Source: Thermoanaerobaculia bacterium (lineage in GTDB: Bacteria; Acidobacteriota; Thermoanaerobaculia; Multivoradales; UBA5704). Taken from it: a stretch of DNA of 64,000 nt. Shown here piece by piece: positions 36,805 to 45,834 of this stretch; the stretch's first letter is position 1, and every line of letters starts with the position of its first letter. The stretch covers positions 692 to 64,691 of the forward strand of contig DATFNZ010000118.1 of assembly GCA_035266085.1 (NCBI GenBank), written 5' to 3'. A program made the position numbers and the translations under genes. The notes under the pieces are model-generated. The model was not told where the DNA came from. It made no database searches and worked only from the letters and a program-made list of their open reading frames with translations.

Positions 36805-37404
36805 ATGCCCTGGATCCGCACCGTCGCCCCCGGCGAGGCCACCGGCCTCTTGAAACGCATCTACGACGAGGCGATCGCCCGCGCCGGCAAGGTGTTCAAC
36901 GTCTTGAGCATCCAGAGCCTCCGTCCGGAGGTGCTCCAGGCGGGGATCGACCTCTACCAGGAGTTGATGTTCTCGCCGCGAAGCCCCCTCAGCCGCGCCC
37001 AGCGGGAGATGATCGCCGTCGCCGTCTCCCGCGCCAACGAGTGCCACTACTGAACGAACGCCCACGCGGACGACCTCCGGGGCGAGGTCGCGGACCAGGG
37101 AGAGAGGGGAGAGGCGCTCGTCGCCGCTGTCAAGAGCGATTACCGCCAGGCGCCGCCGGCCGCCGATCTCACCGAGGCCGACCGCAAGATGCTCGACTTC
37201 GCCGTCAAGCTCACCCGCGACTCCCGCGCCACCACCCGGGAGGATCTCGATACCCTCCGCGCCGCCGGCTTCAGCGACACGGCGATCCACGACATCGTCC
37301 AGATCACGGGCTTCTTCGCCTACTACAACCGGCTCGCCGACGGGCTGGGGATCGACCCTGAGCCGCCGCGGGTTGATGCCGACGCGAACGCGCCGGTGCC
37401 TTGA
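36805..37404 (+). CDS. CMD/AhpD-like peroxidase-related protein with an in-frame TGA at 37051-37053 (candidate Sec codon, otherwise a nonsense pseudogene)
   Basis: The ORFs ending at 37053 and starting at 37189 are in the same frame. Read-through gives SRANECHY[TGA]TNAHADDL. The paralog at 50008 has NECFFCTQTH at the same place. Confidence 0.6.
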
Positions 37405-37437
37405 CAGGCTGCTGAAGGGACAACCATACTCATCCCC

Positions 37438-37689
37438 ATGAGTATGACCAAGCGCCTTCAGATACCCGTCAGTGAGCAGGAGTGTTCGCATTTGCAGGCG
37501 GCCGCACGCCGAGCGGGTCTGCCCCTCGCCGAGTGGGCTCGGCGCCAGCTCCGGGACAAAGCCAGGGAGACTCTCGGAGGGGCCGCGCTCGACCCTCGTC
37601 AGGCCTTGGCTTTGATCAAGACGCTGGAAGCGCCTATCGCTCCAGTGGAGACGATGATCGAGGAATCTGTCGCCGGGCGCTATTCGTGA
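37438..37689 (+). CDS. Ribbon-helix-helix type antitoxin (VapB-like)
   Basis: Small acidic/basic protein, KRLQIPVSEQE...LAEWARRQL. Its stop overlaps the PIN gene GTG (GTGA). Confidence 0.75.
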   Translation: MSMTKRLQIPVSEQECSHLQAAARRAGLPLAEWARRQLRDKARETLGGAALDPRQALALIKTLEAPIAPVETMIEESVAGRYS

Positions 37690-38087
37690 TTCTGATCGAC
37701 GCCAACATTTTCATGTACGCGGCAGGACGGGAGAGCCCCCAGCGGCTGCCTTGCCAGCGTTTCCTCGAACGAGTCGTCGCCGGAGAAGCCCTCGAAGTCT
37801 GCACCGACGCCGAGGTGCTGCAGGAGATTTTGCATCGCTACCGATCACTCAAGGTCCCAGAGGTTGGCTTCAAACTCTTTGACGCCATAACCCACCTGGG
37901 CATCCCGATCCTCGCCGTCACGGATCGCGCGATGGCGGAGGCCCGACGGCTCCTGGAGGATTATCCGAGCCTCTCCACTCGGGACGGAGTACATCTTGGC
38001 GTCATGTGGGAGCACGGAATCGAGGAGGTGCTCTCGTATGACCGTAACTTCTCGGACGTCCCCTGGGTCAAGCGGACCGAAGCCTGA
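37686..38087 (+). CDS. vapC: PIN-domain VapC toxin
   Basis: ILIDANIFMY, TDAEVLQEIL and STRDGVHLGVM carry the PIN acidic residues. Confidence 0.85.
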   Translation: MILIDANIFMYAAGRESPQRLPCQRFLERVVAGEALEVCTDAEVLQEILHRYRSLKVPEVGFKLFDAITHLGIPILAVTDRAMAEARRLLEDYPSLSTRDGVHLGVMWEHGIEEVLSYDRNFSDVPWVKRTEA

Positions 38088-38154
38088 AGGCACCTCCCGG
38101 TGCCAACGCCTTTGAAGCCAACCGATCGCCGACTTGTGACAGACTATCGGCACC

Positions 38155-38418
38155 ATGAAAACAAGCGGCGATGAGGCTCCCGTGCGGCGCCCTGAGAAGC
38201 AGAGGTGGGGAGTCTTCCTGAAGGGCGCCGCAATATCCGTCATTCTGGCGCTGATCTTCCTGGCCGGAGGGGTGACCATTACGGTCCTTCAGGCGCGTTA
38301 CAATATGGATCTGCCTTGGTTCGATCCCGTGGAAAGAGCCTGCCGGATCTTATGTCAGCTTTTTCTGGCGTTCGCTCTTCTGTGCAAGATCGCCACGCAG
38401 ATATTTGAACAGGATTAG
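38155..38418 (+). CDS. Small 2-TM membrane protein, low GC
   Basis: 87-aa ORF with two hydrophobic helices. Ends 18 nt before the SNF2 gene. Confidence 0.5.
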   Translation: MKTSGDEAPVRRPEKQRWGVFLKGAAISVILALIFLAGGVTITVLQARYNMDLPWFDPVERACRILCQLFLAFALLCKIATQIFEQD

Positions 38419-38436
38419 CCAGGCTCGTTCCATCCC

Positions 38437-41361
38437 GTGAGCCTCCACCCTTTCAATCGGCGTCTCCTCGCCGAGGATCTCGTCCGGGTCCGCCGCGCGG
38501 ACGACCGGGAGCGTTATGCGGCGTCGCAGCGCCAGGCGCGCATCGACCCCAACCCGCACCAGATCGACGCGGTGATCTTCGCCCTCCGGCGGCTGCGGGA
38601 AGGCGGCTGCATCCTCGCGGACGAGGTCGGCCTCGGAAAGACGATCGAGGCGGGGCTGGTCATCGCCCAGAGCCGCGCCGAAGGTGCGCAGCGCATCCTG
38701 CTGATCGTGCCGAAGTCGCTCATCGGTCAGTGGCAGAGCGAGCTGTTCAACCTGTTCGGCATTCAGGCACTGGAGGCCCCGGCGAGCTTCCTCGGGCCGG
38801 GCGTGTATCTGGTGGGCCGCGAGCTCGCGGGCAGCGAGCGCGGCGCGGAGCCGCTCGGCGCCGCGCCGCCGTTCGACCTGGTGGTCATCGACGAGGCCCA
38901 CGAGATCTTCGCCGGGCTGCACAAGCGGTTCGGGCGTGATGGCATCTACGACGAGGACTCGGACGAGGCCATGATGGCCCACCGCGTCCGCGCCTTCCTG
39001 CGCTCGGCGCCCGTCCTGCTGCTCACGGCGACGCCGATCCAGAACTCCCTGGCAGAGATCTGGGGACTGGTGCAGTACGTCGAGCCGACCGGCACTCTGC
39101 TCGGAGACCTCACGACGTTCCGCCGCGTGTTCTGTGACGAGGACGACCGGACGCTGGTCCCCGGCCAGGAGCACGAGCTCCAGCGGCGCCTTGCCACCGT
39201 CCTCCAGCGGACGCTGCGCCGGCAGGCCCAGGAGTTCCTGGAACGGCCGTTCACGCAGAGGCGGTGCCGTCTCTACGAGTACGCGATGAGCGAGGACGAG
39301 CGGTCGCTCTACGACGACGTGACCGAGTACCTGCTCCAGCCCTCTCTGTTCGCGTTCTCCGGCCGGCAGCGACGGCTCCTGCTGATCGGATTCCACCGGC
39401 GCATGGCCTCGTCGATCCCGGCCCTGGCCGCGAGCCTGGAGAACGTCGCCGCCCGGCTCCGCCGTCTCGCCGCCGGCCAGGGCGGCGTGAGCGGGCTGGA
39501 TGGAGAGATTCTGCGAGATCTGGAAGACGAAGAGATTCCTGAGATCTTCGGTACCCCCGAGGTTCGTGATCCCGGCGACGGGACGGGTCTCGCCGCCGAG
39601 CTGGCTCTCGTCGAGGGCTTCGTGGCCCGCGCGCGGTCCCTTCCTCACGATGCCAAGGCGCGCTCCTTTACGGAAGCGATCCGGGTTCTCCTCGAGCGCG
39701 GCCGCGACGGCCATGGCAGCGGCAAGGCCGTGGTCTTCACCGAATCGATCACGACCCAGGAGTACCTGCGCAGGCTGCTCCTCGACATGGGCCTGCAGGA
39801 AGGCGACATCACGCTGTTCCGCGGCGACAACGACCACGCCAGGGCCCACGAGGCCCACGCCCGCTGGCAGGAGGAAGAGGGAGCCCGCCTTTCCCCCGGG
39901 TCCAGGCCCAGCCGCGAGGTCGCCCTGCGGCTGGCCCTCGTCCACGAGTTCCGGACGCGGTCGAAGGTCCTGATCTGCACGGAGGCGGGCGCCAAGGGGC
40001 TGAACCTCCAGTTTTGCGAGACGGTCATCAACTACGACCTGCCGTGGAATCCCCAGCGCATCGAGCAGCGCATCGGACGCTGCCACCGCTACAGCCAGCA
40101 GCACGACGTCACCGTGGTCAACTTCATCAACCGCGACAACGAGGCGCAGCAACTGACGTTCGAGATCCTGAGCCAGAAACTCGATCTGTTCGGCAAGGTG
40201 CTCGACGCGTCGGACACCGTGCTGCACGAGCCGCGCACCGAAACGCCCGAGATCGCCGTGTCCGCACTGTCGGTCGAGCTCGAGAGCGACCTGCGCAGCA
40301 TCTACAGCCGGTCGCGCACGGTGGAGGAGATGACGCGCGAGATCGCGGCGCTGCGGGACAAGATCGCGGATCGGCGGGAAGCCTACGAAAAGGAATATGA
40401 GCGGACGTCGCAGATCATCCAGTCCCGGTTCGACGACGACGTGCGAAAGGTTTTCAAGAGTCTGCGTCAGGAGATGCCCGCCGCTCTCGCCCAGCTCGAC
40501 CGGGACCTCGCCGGCCTGGTGAACGGCTATTTGTCGGCTCGCGGGGTCGAGTACCGGCGGAGCGACGAAGCGGGGCGGGTTGTTTTCGATCTTGTTGAAG
40601 GCGGCCGGTTCGCCACCGGCGATGCGCGGGGCTTGAAGGACGCCGAAGCGTTGAACCTCTCCCATCCCCTGGTGCAGGCCGCCATCGCGGACGCCCTCGC
40701 GTGGCCGGGTGGGTCCGTTGCGCTGCCGCTGCCGTCCGATGCCCCTGCCGAGCTTGCCGCCCTCCTAGGCAAGACCGGCGTGCTTGCAGTGGCGCTCGCG
40801 GACTATGGCGGGTTCGAGCCCGTGCAGCGAGTGGTCGTGACGGCCGTGGTGGAGGGAGATCCCCTCGATCCGTCGCTGGCGGCCTGGCTCTCCCGACTGC
40901 CCGCCGCCGAGGGTCCTCTCTGCGAGGTCCTCGTGGACCCGCCAGGTCTCGACGACGCCCTGGAGGAGGGGCTGTTCGTCGATCAGCGGGAGGTGGAGAA
41001 GGGCGAGCAGAAGCACTTCGAGCAGGCCCTCGGCCAGCTCGAGCGGTTCGTCGAAGACAAGATCCTCGTCTGCCGCCGGGAGCGGGCGAGCCTCGCCGAG
41101 AAGCTGCGCTCCGCGCGGGACCGCCGCGACCAGGTGGTGGGATCGAGCGCCCGCGAACGGATCGAGGAGGAGATCGCCCGCCTGGCCACCCGGGACGAAA
41201 CCCTCGAACGGCGCATCGACGACTTGGATTCCAGACAGGATGAGGTCTACCGAAAATGGCGCGACCAATACTACGAGCAGCGCTACCAGGCGCCGACAGT
41301 GACCCGGCTGTTCCGGGCGGCGTTCCGGATCGATCCCCCAAGCCCGAAGACGTCATGCTGA
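38437..41361 (+). CDS. SNF2/Swi2-superfamily helicase-ATPase with an uncharacterised ~400-aa C-terminal extension
   Basis: ILADEVGLGKTIEAG (motif I), VVIDEAHEIF (DEAH), LLLTATPIQNSLAEIWGL (III), VVFTES, TEAGAKGLNLQ, NPQRIEQRIGRCHRYSQ (VI). GTG start. Confidence 0.9.
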   Translation: MSLHPFNRRLLAEDLVRVRRADDRERYAASQRQARIDPNPHQIDAVIFALRRLREGGCILADEVGLGKTIEAGLVIAQSRAEGAQRILLIVPKSLIGQWQSELFNLFGIQALEAPASFLGPGVYLVGRELAGSERGAEPLGAAPPFDLVVIDEAHEIFAGLHKRFGRDGIYDEDSDEAMMAHRVRAFLRSAPVLLLTATPIQNSLAEIWGLVQYVEPTGTLLGDLTTFRRVFCDEDDRTLVPGQEHELQRRLATVLQRTLRRQAQEFLERPFTQRRCRLYEYAMSEDERSLYDDVTEYLLQPSLFAFSGRQRRLLLIGFHRRMASSIPALAASLENVAARLRRLAAGQGGVSGLDGEILRDLEDEEIPEIFGTPEVRDPGDGTGLAAELALVEGFVARARSLPHDAKARSFTEAIRVLLERGRDGHGSGKAVVFTESITTQEYLRRLLLDMGLQEGDITLFRGDNDHARAHEAHARWQEEEGARLSPGSRPSREVALRLALVHEFRTRSKVLICTEAGAKGLNLQFCETVINYDLPWNPQRIEQRIGRCHRYSQQHDVTVVNFINRDNEAQQLTFEILSQKLDLFGKVLDASDTVLHEPRTETPEIAVSALSVELESDLRSIYSRSRTVEEMTREIAALRDKIADRREAYEKEYERTSQIIQSRFDDDVRKVFKSLRQEMPAALAQLDRDLAGLVNGYLSARGVEYRRSDEAGRVVFDLVEGGRFATGDARGLKDAEALNLSHPLVQAAIADALAWPGGSVALPLPSDAPAELAALLGKTGVLAVALADYGGFEPVQRVVVTAVVEGDPLDPSLAAWLSRLPAAEGPLCEVLVDPPGLDDALEEGLFVDQREVEKGEQKHFEQALGQLERFVEDKILVCRRERASLAEKLRSARDRRDQVVGSSARERIEEEIARLATRDETLERRIDDLDSRQDEVYRKWRDQYYEQRYQAPTVTRLFRAAFRIDPPSPKTSC

Positions 41362-42515
41362 AGCTGCTGCACACGGCGGACTGGCACCTGGGGAAAAGGT
41401 TTCCATCCTTCCCCGAGGAGGCGCAGAAGAAGCTGTCCCGGGCACGGATGGAGGTGGTCGAAAGGATCCTCGAGCTCGCGCGGCGGAACCAGGTGAACGC
41501 CGTGCTCTGCGCGGGCGACCTGTTCGACGATCCGTCGCCGGACGCGGTCTTCTGGGAAGAGCTGGCGAGGATCTTTCGCGGTCACATCTCGGACATCCCC
41601 GTTTTCCTCGTGCCGGGCAACCACGACCCGCTCACCCCGGAATCCGTCTGGGCCCCCGGACACCCGTTCCGCGCCCGGCTGCCTTCCTGGGTCCACGTGG
41701 TGGACCGGGACGACTTCGTCCACGAGATCACGCCGGACGCCGTCCTCTATGCCCGGCCCTGCCGGTCCAAGGCCGGCGAGAACGACCTGGCGCTGGCCCT
41801 GCCCGCCCGCGAGCCCGGCGACACGCGGCTCCGCATCGGCTGCGTCCATGGCAGCACCTTCGACGTCGAGGGCTACCAGACGAACTTCCCGATCAGCCGG
41901 GACGCCGGGGCTCAGCGCGGGCTCGACTATCTCGCCATCGGCGATACCCACTCGTTTCGCGACGTCACGGCGAACCTGCCGGTCCCGACCGTCTACCCGG
42001 GGACTCCGGAGCCGGCGAGCTTCGGCGAGACGGACGCCGGCAAGGTGGCTATCGTGGCGTTGCTCCGGCACGGCTCGCGTCCGCGCATCGCGCCGGAGAC
42101 GGTGGGGCGCTGGCGCTGGATCGACGAGCGGTGCCGCGACCTGAACGATCTGCGCAGGCTGCTGACCCTTCAGGACCTCGAACGCCACGTCGTGAGGCTC
42201 CACCTCGACATGACGGTCTCGCTGGCGGAAGAGAGCGAGCTCGAGCGGATCCTGCGCGACCTCCAGGGGACCGACGCCACCCATGGCCGCGCGGGCGTCC
42301 TGATCGTCGACCGCACGAACCTGCGGCTGCAGGCCGGCTCCGCCGACACCTTTCCCGACGACCTGCCGCCGGTGCTCGGGGACACCGTCGCCCGGCTCTA
42401 CCGGATCGCCGCCGACGCGCTGGACGAGGCCGAGAGATCGAGAGCGAACCGGGCGCTGGCCCATCTCTACAAGCTGATGCAGCGTCAGAACGAGACGACC
42501 GGACGTGCGCGATGA
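41355..42515 (+). CDS. Mre11/SbcD/YhaO-like calcineurin-fold DNA exonuclease
   Basis: HTADWHLG, CAGDLFD, VPGNHD, GCVHGS, AIGDTHS. Its start overlaps the SNF2 stop by 7 nt (ATGCTGA). Confidence 0.88.
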   Translation: MLKLLHTADWHLGKRFPSFPEEAQKKLSRARMEVVERILELARRNQVNAVLCAGDLFDDPSPDAVFWEELARIFRGHISDIPVFLVPGNHDPLTPESVWAPGHPFRARLPSWVHVVDRDDFVHEITPDAVLYARPCRSKAGENDLALALPAREPGDTRLRIGCVHGSTFDVEGYQTNFPISRDAGAQRGLDYLAIGDTHSFRDVTANLPVPTVYPGTPEPASFGETDAGKVAIVALLRHGSRPRIAPETVGRWRWIDERCRDLNDLRRLLTLQDLERHVVRLHLDMTVSLAEESELERILRDLQGTDATHGRAGVLIVDRTNLRLQAGSADTFPDDLPPVLGDTVARLYRIAADALDEAERSRANRALAHLYKLMQRQNETTGRAR

Positions 42516-45500
42516 AGATCCATAGATTACGGGTTGAGAGCTTCGCCGCGATCCGCGAGGTCGACGTCGCCTTCGGCCCGGGGCTGAACGTCCTCTACGG
42601 CCCCAACGACCTCGGCAAATCGACGCTGTCCGACGCCATCCGTCTGGCGCTCCTCCTGCCTCACACCTCGTCGCACTGCGATCCGTACATCCCCTGGTCC
42701 GGCGGCCAGGATCCGGTCGTGGACCTGACGTTCCAGACCGGGGAGCAGCGCTTCTGGCGGGTCCGGAAACAGTTCGGCAAAGGCGGCTCGTCGACCCTTC
42801 AGGAATCCAGGAACGGTCAGGATTTCGAAGAGGTGATGCGTGCGAGGCTGGTCGACGCGAAGCTCCGGGAGCTTCTGGGCTGGGGGATTCCCGAGCCCGG
42901 GGGCTCCGGTACCGGCAGGAGCTTTCCGTCGAGCTTCCTGGCGACCGCGCTTCTCTCCACGCAGGCGGACGTGACGGCCGTGCTCGACAGCAGCTTGCAG
43001 GACGATCCCGCCGCCAGCGGCAAAGAACGGATCGCGGCGGCCCTGCAAGCGGCGGCACAGGATCCGCTGTTCGTCGCGCTCCTCCGGGAAACCCAGGGCC
43101 GCAGGGACGAAGCGTTCACGGAAAAGGGCATGAAGAAGACGGCGAGAGGGAGCGTGTTCAAGGCCGCCGCCGACCGCGTGAGGGAAGCCCGGGAGGAGAA
43201 AGATCAGCTTCAGAAGATCGTCGACGATTCCGAAGGCGTGGAGCGGACCCTCCGGGATCTGTCCGCCAGGCGGGACCGGCAAGAGCAGGAATGCGCGGCC
43301 GCCGCCGATCATCTGGAAACCATCGAAAGGCTGGCAGGGCAGGCCGCGGACCGTGACGCCGCCGGGACTTGCGCCGGCGCCGCGCGCGACGCGGTGCTGC
43401 GCATCCGGAAAATGGATCAGGACGTGGCGGATGCCGAAACGAGGGTCGCGGAGCTCGCCGCGGCCCGGGAGCGCGCGCAACGGGCGCTGGCGGACGCCCA
43501 GGCCGCCGGGATCGCGGCCGAAGAGGCTCTGAAAACCGCCGAGGGCGCGGCACGGTCGGCCGAGCTGGAATCGAAGATGGCCGACACGGTGGCCCGCCAG
43601 GCGCTGGAGCTGCGCAAGGGGGCCGCCGAGCAGAGCGTCCAGGAAGCCCGGAGGGACATTGCGGCCGCGGCCCACGCCCGGAGGCTCGTCGATGCCGCCG
43701 CACGGGCCGAGGCCGAGCACCGGAAGCAGGAGGCCGAGTCCCTCCGAGCGCGGGAAAACTGTTCCGAAGCCGCCAGGAGAGAGCAGGCCGCGAACGACGA
43801 GCTTCGCCGCTGCGACCTGCTCGATCGCGCCTGGCAGGCGCGTGCCGCCGAGAAACAGGCTGCGAGCGCCCGGGCGGAGGTTCAGAAAGAAGCGGCTTTC
43901 CAGGCGGATTGGACCCGGCTGTCGGCCGAGCGGGCCACCGCGGCGGAGCGCCGGGCAGATCTTCTCGTGCCGCCGGCGGGAAGCCTCGCGGCCCTGCGGA
44001 AGCTCGCGACCGAGCTCGCGGGCGCTCGCGGGGCTCTGGACGTGGGCCTCGTGATGACGGTGACGCCCGTCGCGCCCCTCGCTCTGCAGGTCCGAAAGGA
44101 CGGGATCGCGGCCGACCCGGGCGTCTTCGCTCAACCGCTCATGATCGAAGCGGACGCCGAGGTCGAGATCGGCATCGTCAACATCGCGACCATTCGCGTC
44201 CAAGGCGGGCGGCGGGAAGCGCAGGAGAGGGTCCGGGCGCTGGAGAGCCGCTGGAACGGCGAGGTCCTGCCGCACCTCACGGCGGCCGGCGTCGCGGACC
44301 TCGACGCTCTCGATATAAAGGTTTCCGAGGCCAGGGATCTGGATGCCCACGTCAAGTCTCTGGACGGAGAGCTCGAGTCCCTGTCGCGCCAGATTTCAGC
44401 GCTCGCCGGCGCGGCCGAAACGCTGCGTGAAGCCTCGGCCCGCGCGGAGGCCTGCCGTCTCGCCCTGGGAGACGTGGCCCTGGAGGCACTGGCCGCCGAC
44501 CTCGACGCCCTGGGGCCGGACCCCGAGGCGAGGCTACGGACTCGCCGGCAGAAAGCGTCGAACGGCGCGGATGAGGCCAGGATTGCAGCCGGCGAGGCGG
44601 CCACCGCGCAGGCGCTCGCGGAAGATCGGGCACGGAATCTGTCGGTCGTTTTGGAAGAGGCGGTTGCGGCGCGTGAGAGCGTCCTTTCGGAGTTTCCATC
44701 GGGAGTAACAGATGGAGCGGAAGCCGCCGAGGAACGCCTGCGGACCTCCCTCGCCGAGCAGGAGGCGGTTACGGACGAGCTCTCATCCTTGCAAAGCACG
44801 ATCGACGCACGGAGCGAGCAACTCGCGGAGGCTCTCCACGGCGCCCGGGAAACGGCGGAGAAGGCGCGTGCGGCCACCGAGGCAGCGCAGGACGCCCGCA
44901 CGAAGGCCATCGCCGATCATGCCTTGGAAGAGGGGCGTCTCGCCGAGCTGCGGAAGCTCCGCGCGGCCGAGGATTTCGCCGCGGCCGAGAGCGAGCTTCG
45001 GGAAGCGACGGAACGCCACGCCGCCCTGCCCGTGCCGGAGCGGCCGGTCACCCCTGACGAGGTCGCCGAGGCAAAGGACGCCCTGGCGAGGGTGAAACTG
45101 GACCTCGAAGCCCTCGACCGGGAGATCCAGCGCGCCCAGGGCGCCCTCCAGCAAGTCGGCGGCGCCGTCGCCCGCGACCGGCGCGACGAGGCCGTCGAAG
45201 CCTTCAACCTGGCGGCGGACTACGAGCGCGAGATCGAGGAGGATTACGAGGCCTGGAAGCTGCTCCTGGAGCAGATGAAGGAGGCTGACGCGGCGCAGGC
45301 CAGCAACCTGGGCCGTTCGCTCGCCCCCGCCATCGAAAGCCGCTTTCAGGCCCTGACCGGCCAGCGCTACCAGAGCATCCAGCTCACCCCTCACCTGGTC
45401 ACCGAGGGCGTGATCGTCGCCGGCGAGCTGAGAAAGCGGGACCGGATCTCCGTCGGCACGCGGGAACAGCTCTCGACCTTGTACCGTCTCTGCCTCGGCG

Positions 45501-45745
45501 AGTACCTCCAGACCACCATCGTCCTCGACGACCAGCTCGTCCAGAGCGATCACGACCGCATGGACTGGTTCCGAGCCCTGCTCGCCGAGAAGGCCCGCGG
45601 CTTCCAGATCGTCGTGTTCACCTGCCGGCCCGGCGATTATCTGAGTGCGGCGGCGATGGTGGGGGAGGATGGACCGATTCACGCCGATAGCGACGAAGGG
45701 TTCGTGCGTGCGATTGATCTTGGGCGGGCGGTTCGGCGGCGGTAG
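42512..45745 (+). CDS. Rad50/SbcC/YhaN-like coiled-coil ATPase (1077 aa)
   Basis: Walker A GPNDLGKST. More than 800 aa of Ala/Glu/Arg coiled coil with no CxxC hook. REQLSTLYRLCLG signature-like motif. Walker B TTIVLDDQLVQSD. ATGA overlap with the upstream gene. Confidence 0.88.
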   Translation: MKIHRLRVESFAAIREVDVAFGPGLNVLYGPNDLGKSTLSDAIRLALLLPHTSSHCDPYIPWSGGQDPVVDLTFQTGEQRFWRVRKQFGKGGSSTLQESRNGQDFEEVMRARLVDAKLRELLGWGIPEPGGSGTGRSFPSSFLATALLSTQADVTAVLDSSLQDDPAASGKERIAAALQAAAQDPLFVALLRETQGRRDEAFTEKGMKKTARGSVFKAAADRVREAREEKDQLQKIVDDSEGVERTLRDLSARRDRQEQECAAAADHLETIERLAGQAADRDAAGTCAGAARDAVLRIRKMDQDVADAETRVAELAAARERAQRALADAQAAGIAAEEALKTAEGAARSAELESKMADTVARQALELRKGAAEQSVQEARRDIAAAAHARRLVDAAARAEAEHRKQEAESLRARENCSEAARREQAANDELRRCDLLDRAWQARAAEKQAASARAEVQKEAAFQADWTRLSAERATAAERRADLLVPPAGSLAALRKLATELAGARGALDVGLVMTVTPVAPLALQVRKDGIAADPGVFAQPLMIEADAEVEIGIVNIATIRVQGGRREAQERVRALESRWNGEVLPHLTAAGVADLDALDIKVSEARDLDAHVKSLDGELESLSRQISALAGAAETLREASARAEACRLALGDVALEALAADLDALGPDPEARLRTRRQKASNGADEARIAAGEAATAQALAEDRARNLSVVLEEAVAARESVLSEFPSGVTDGAEAAEERLRTSLAEQEAVTDELSSLQSTIDARSEQLAEALHGARETAEKARAATEAAQDARTKAIADHALEEGRLAELRKLRAAEDFAAAESELREATERHAALPVPERPVTPDEVAEAKDALARVKLDLEALDREIQRAQGALQQVGGAVARDRRDEAVEAFNLAADYEREIEEDYEAWKLLLEQMKEADAAQASNLGRSLAPAIESRFQALTGQRYQSIQLTPHLVTEGVIVAGELRKRDRISVGTREQLSTLYRLCLGEYLQTTIVLDDQLVQSDHDRMDWFRALLAEKARGFQIVVFTCRPGDYLSAAAMVGEDGPIHADSDEGFVRAIDLGRAVRRR

Positions 45746-45834
45746 GTTGGCTGTTCGATTTTTCTATTTCTTCGTGTCTCTGTACATATGTTCCCCACAA
45801 TCTATTTGACCTGCTCCTCGCAGGAGGAGTAGCC

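Noticed and set aside
37051-37053. Treating the TGA simply as the end of a short 82-aa CMD protein
   Set aside because: That would truncate the protein inside its catalytic CxxC motif, while the same frame continues for 117 more family-like codons. Read-through (Sec) or a recent nonsense mutation are the only sensible readings. Which one applies is left open.
36700-37491. N-terminal 260-aa extension of the Dps ORF (track ORF 36151-37491). Similar extensions occur at msrA (9083-9397), the beta-helix gene (13020-13769) and the endolysin gene (27888-28277).
   Set aside because: The upstream parts are compositionally non-protein-like and overlap other genes. Internal starts with an RBS and signal peptides or family N-termini fit better.
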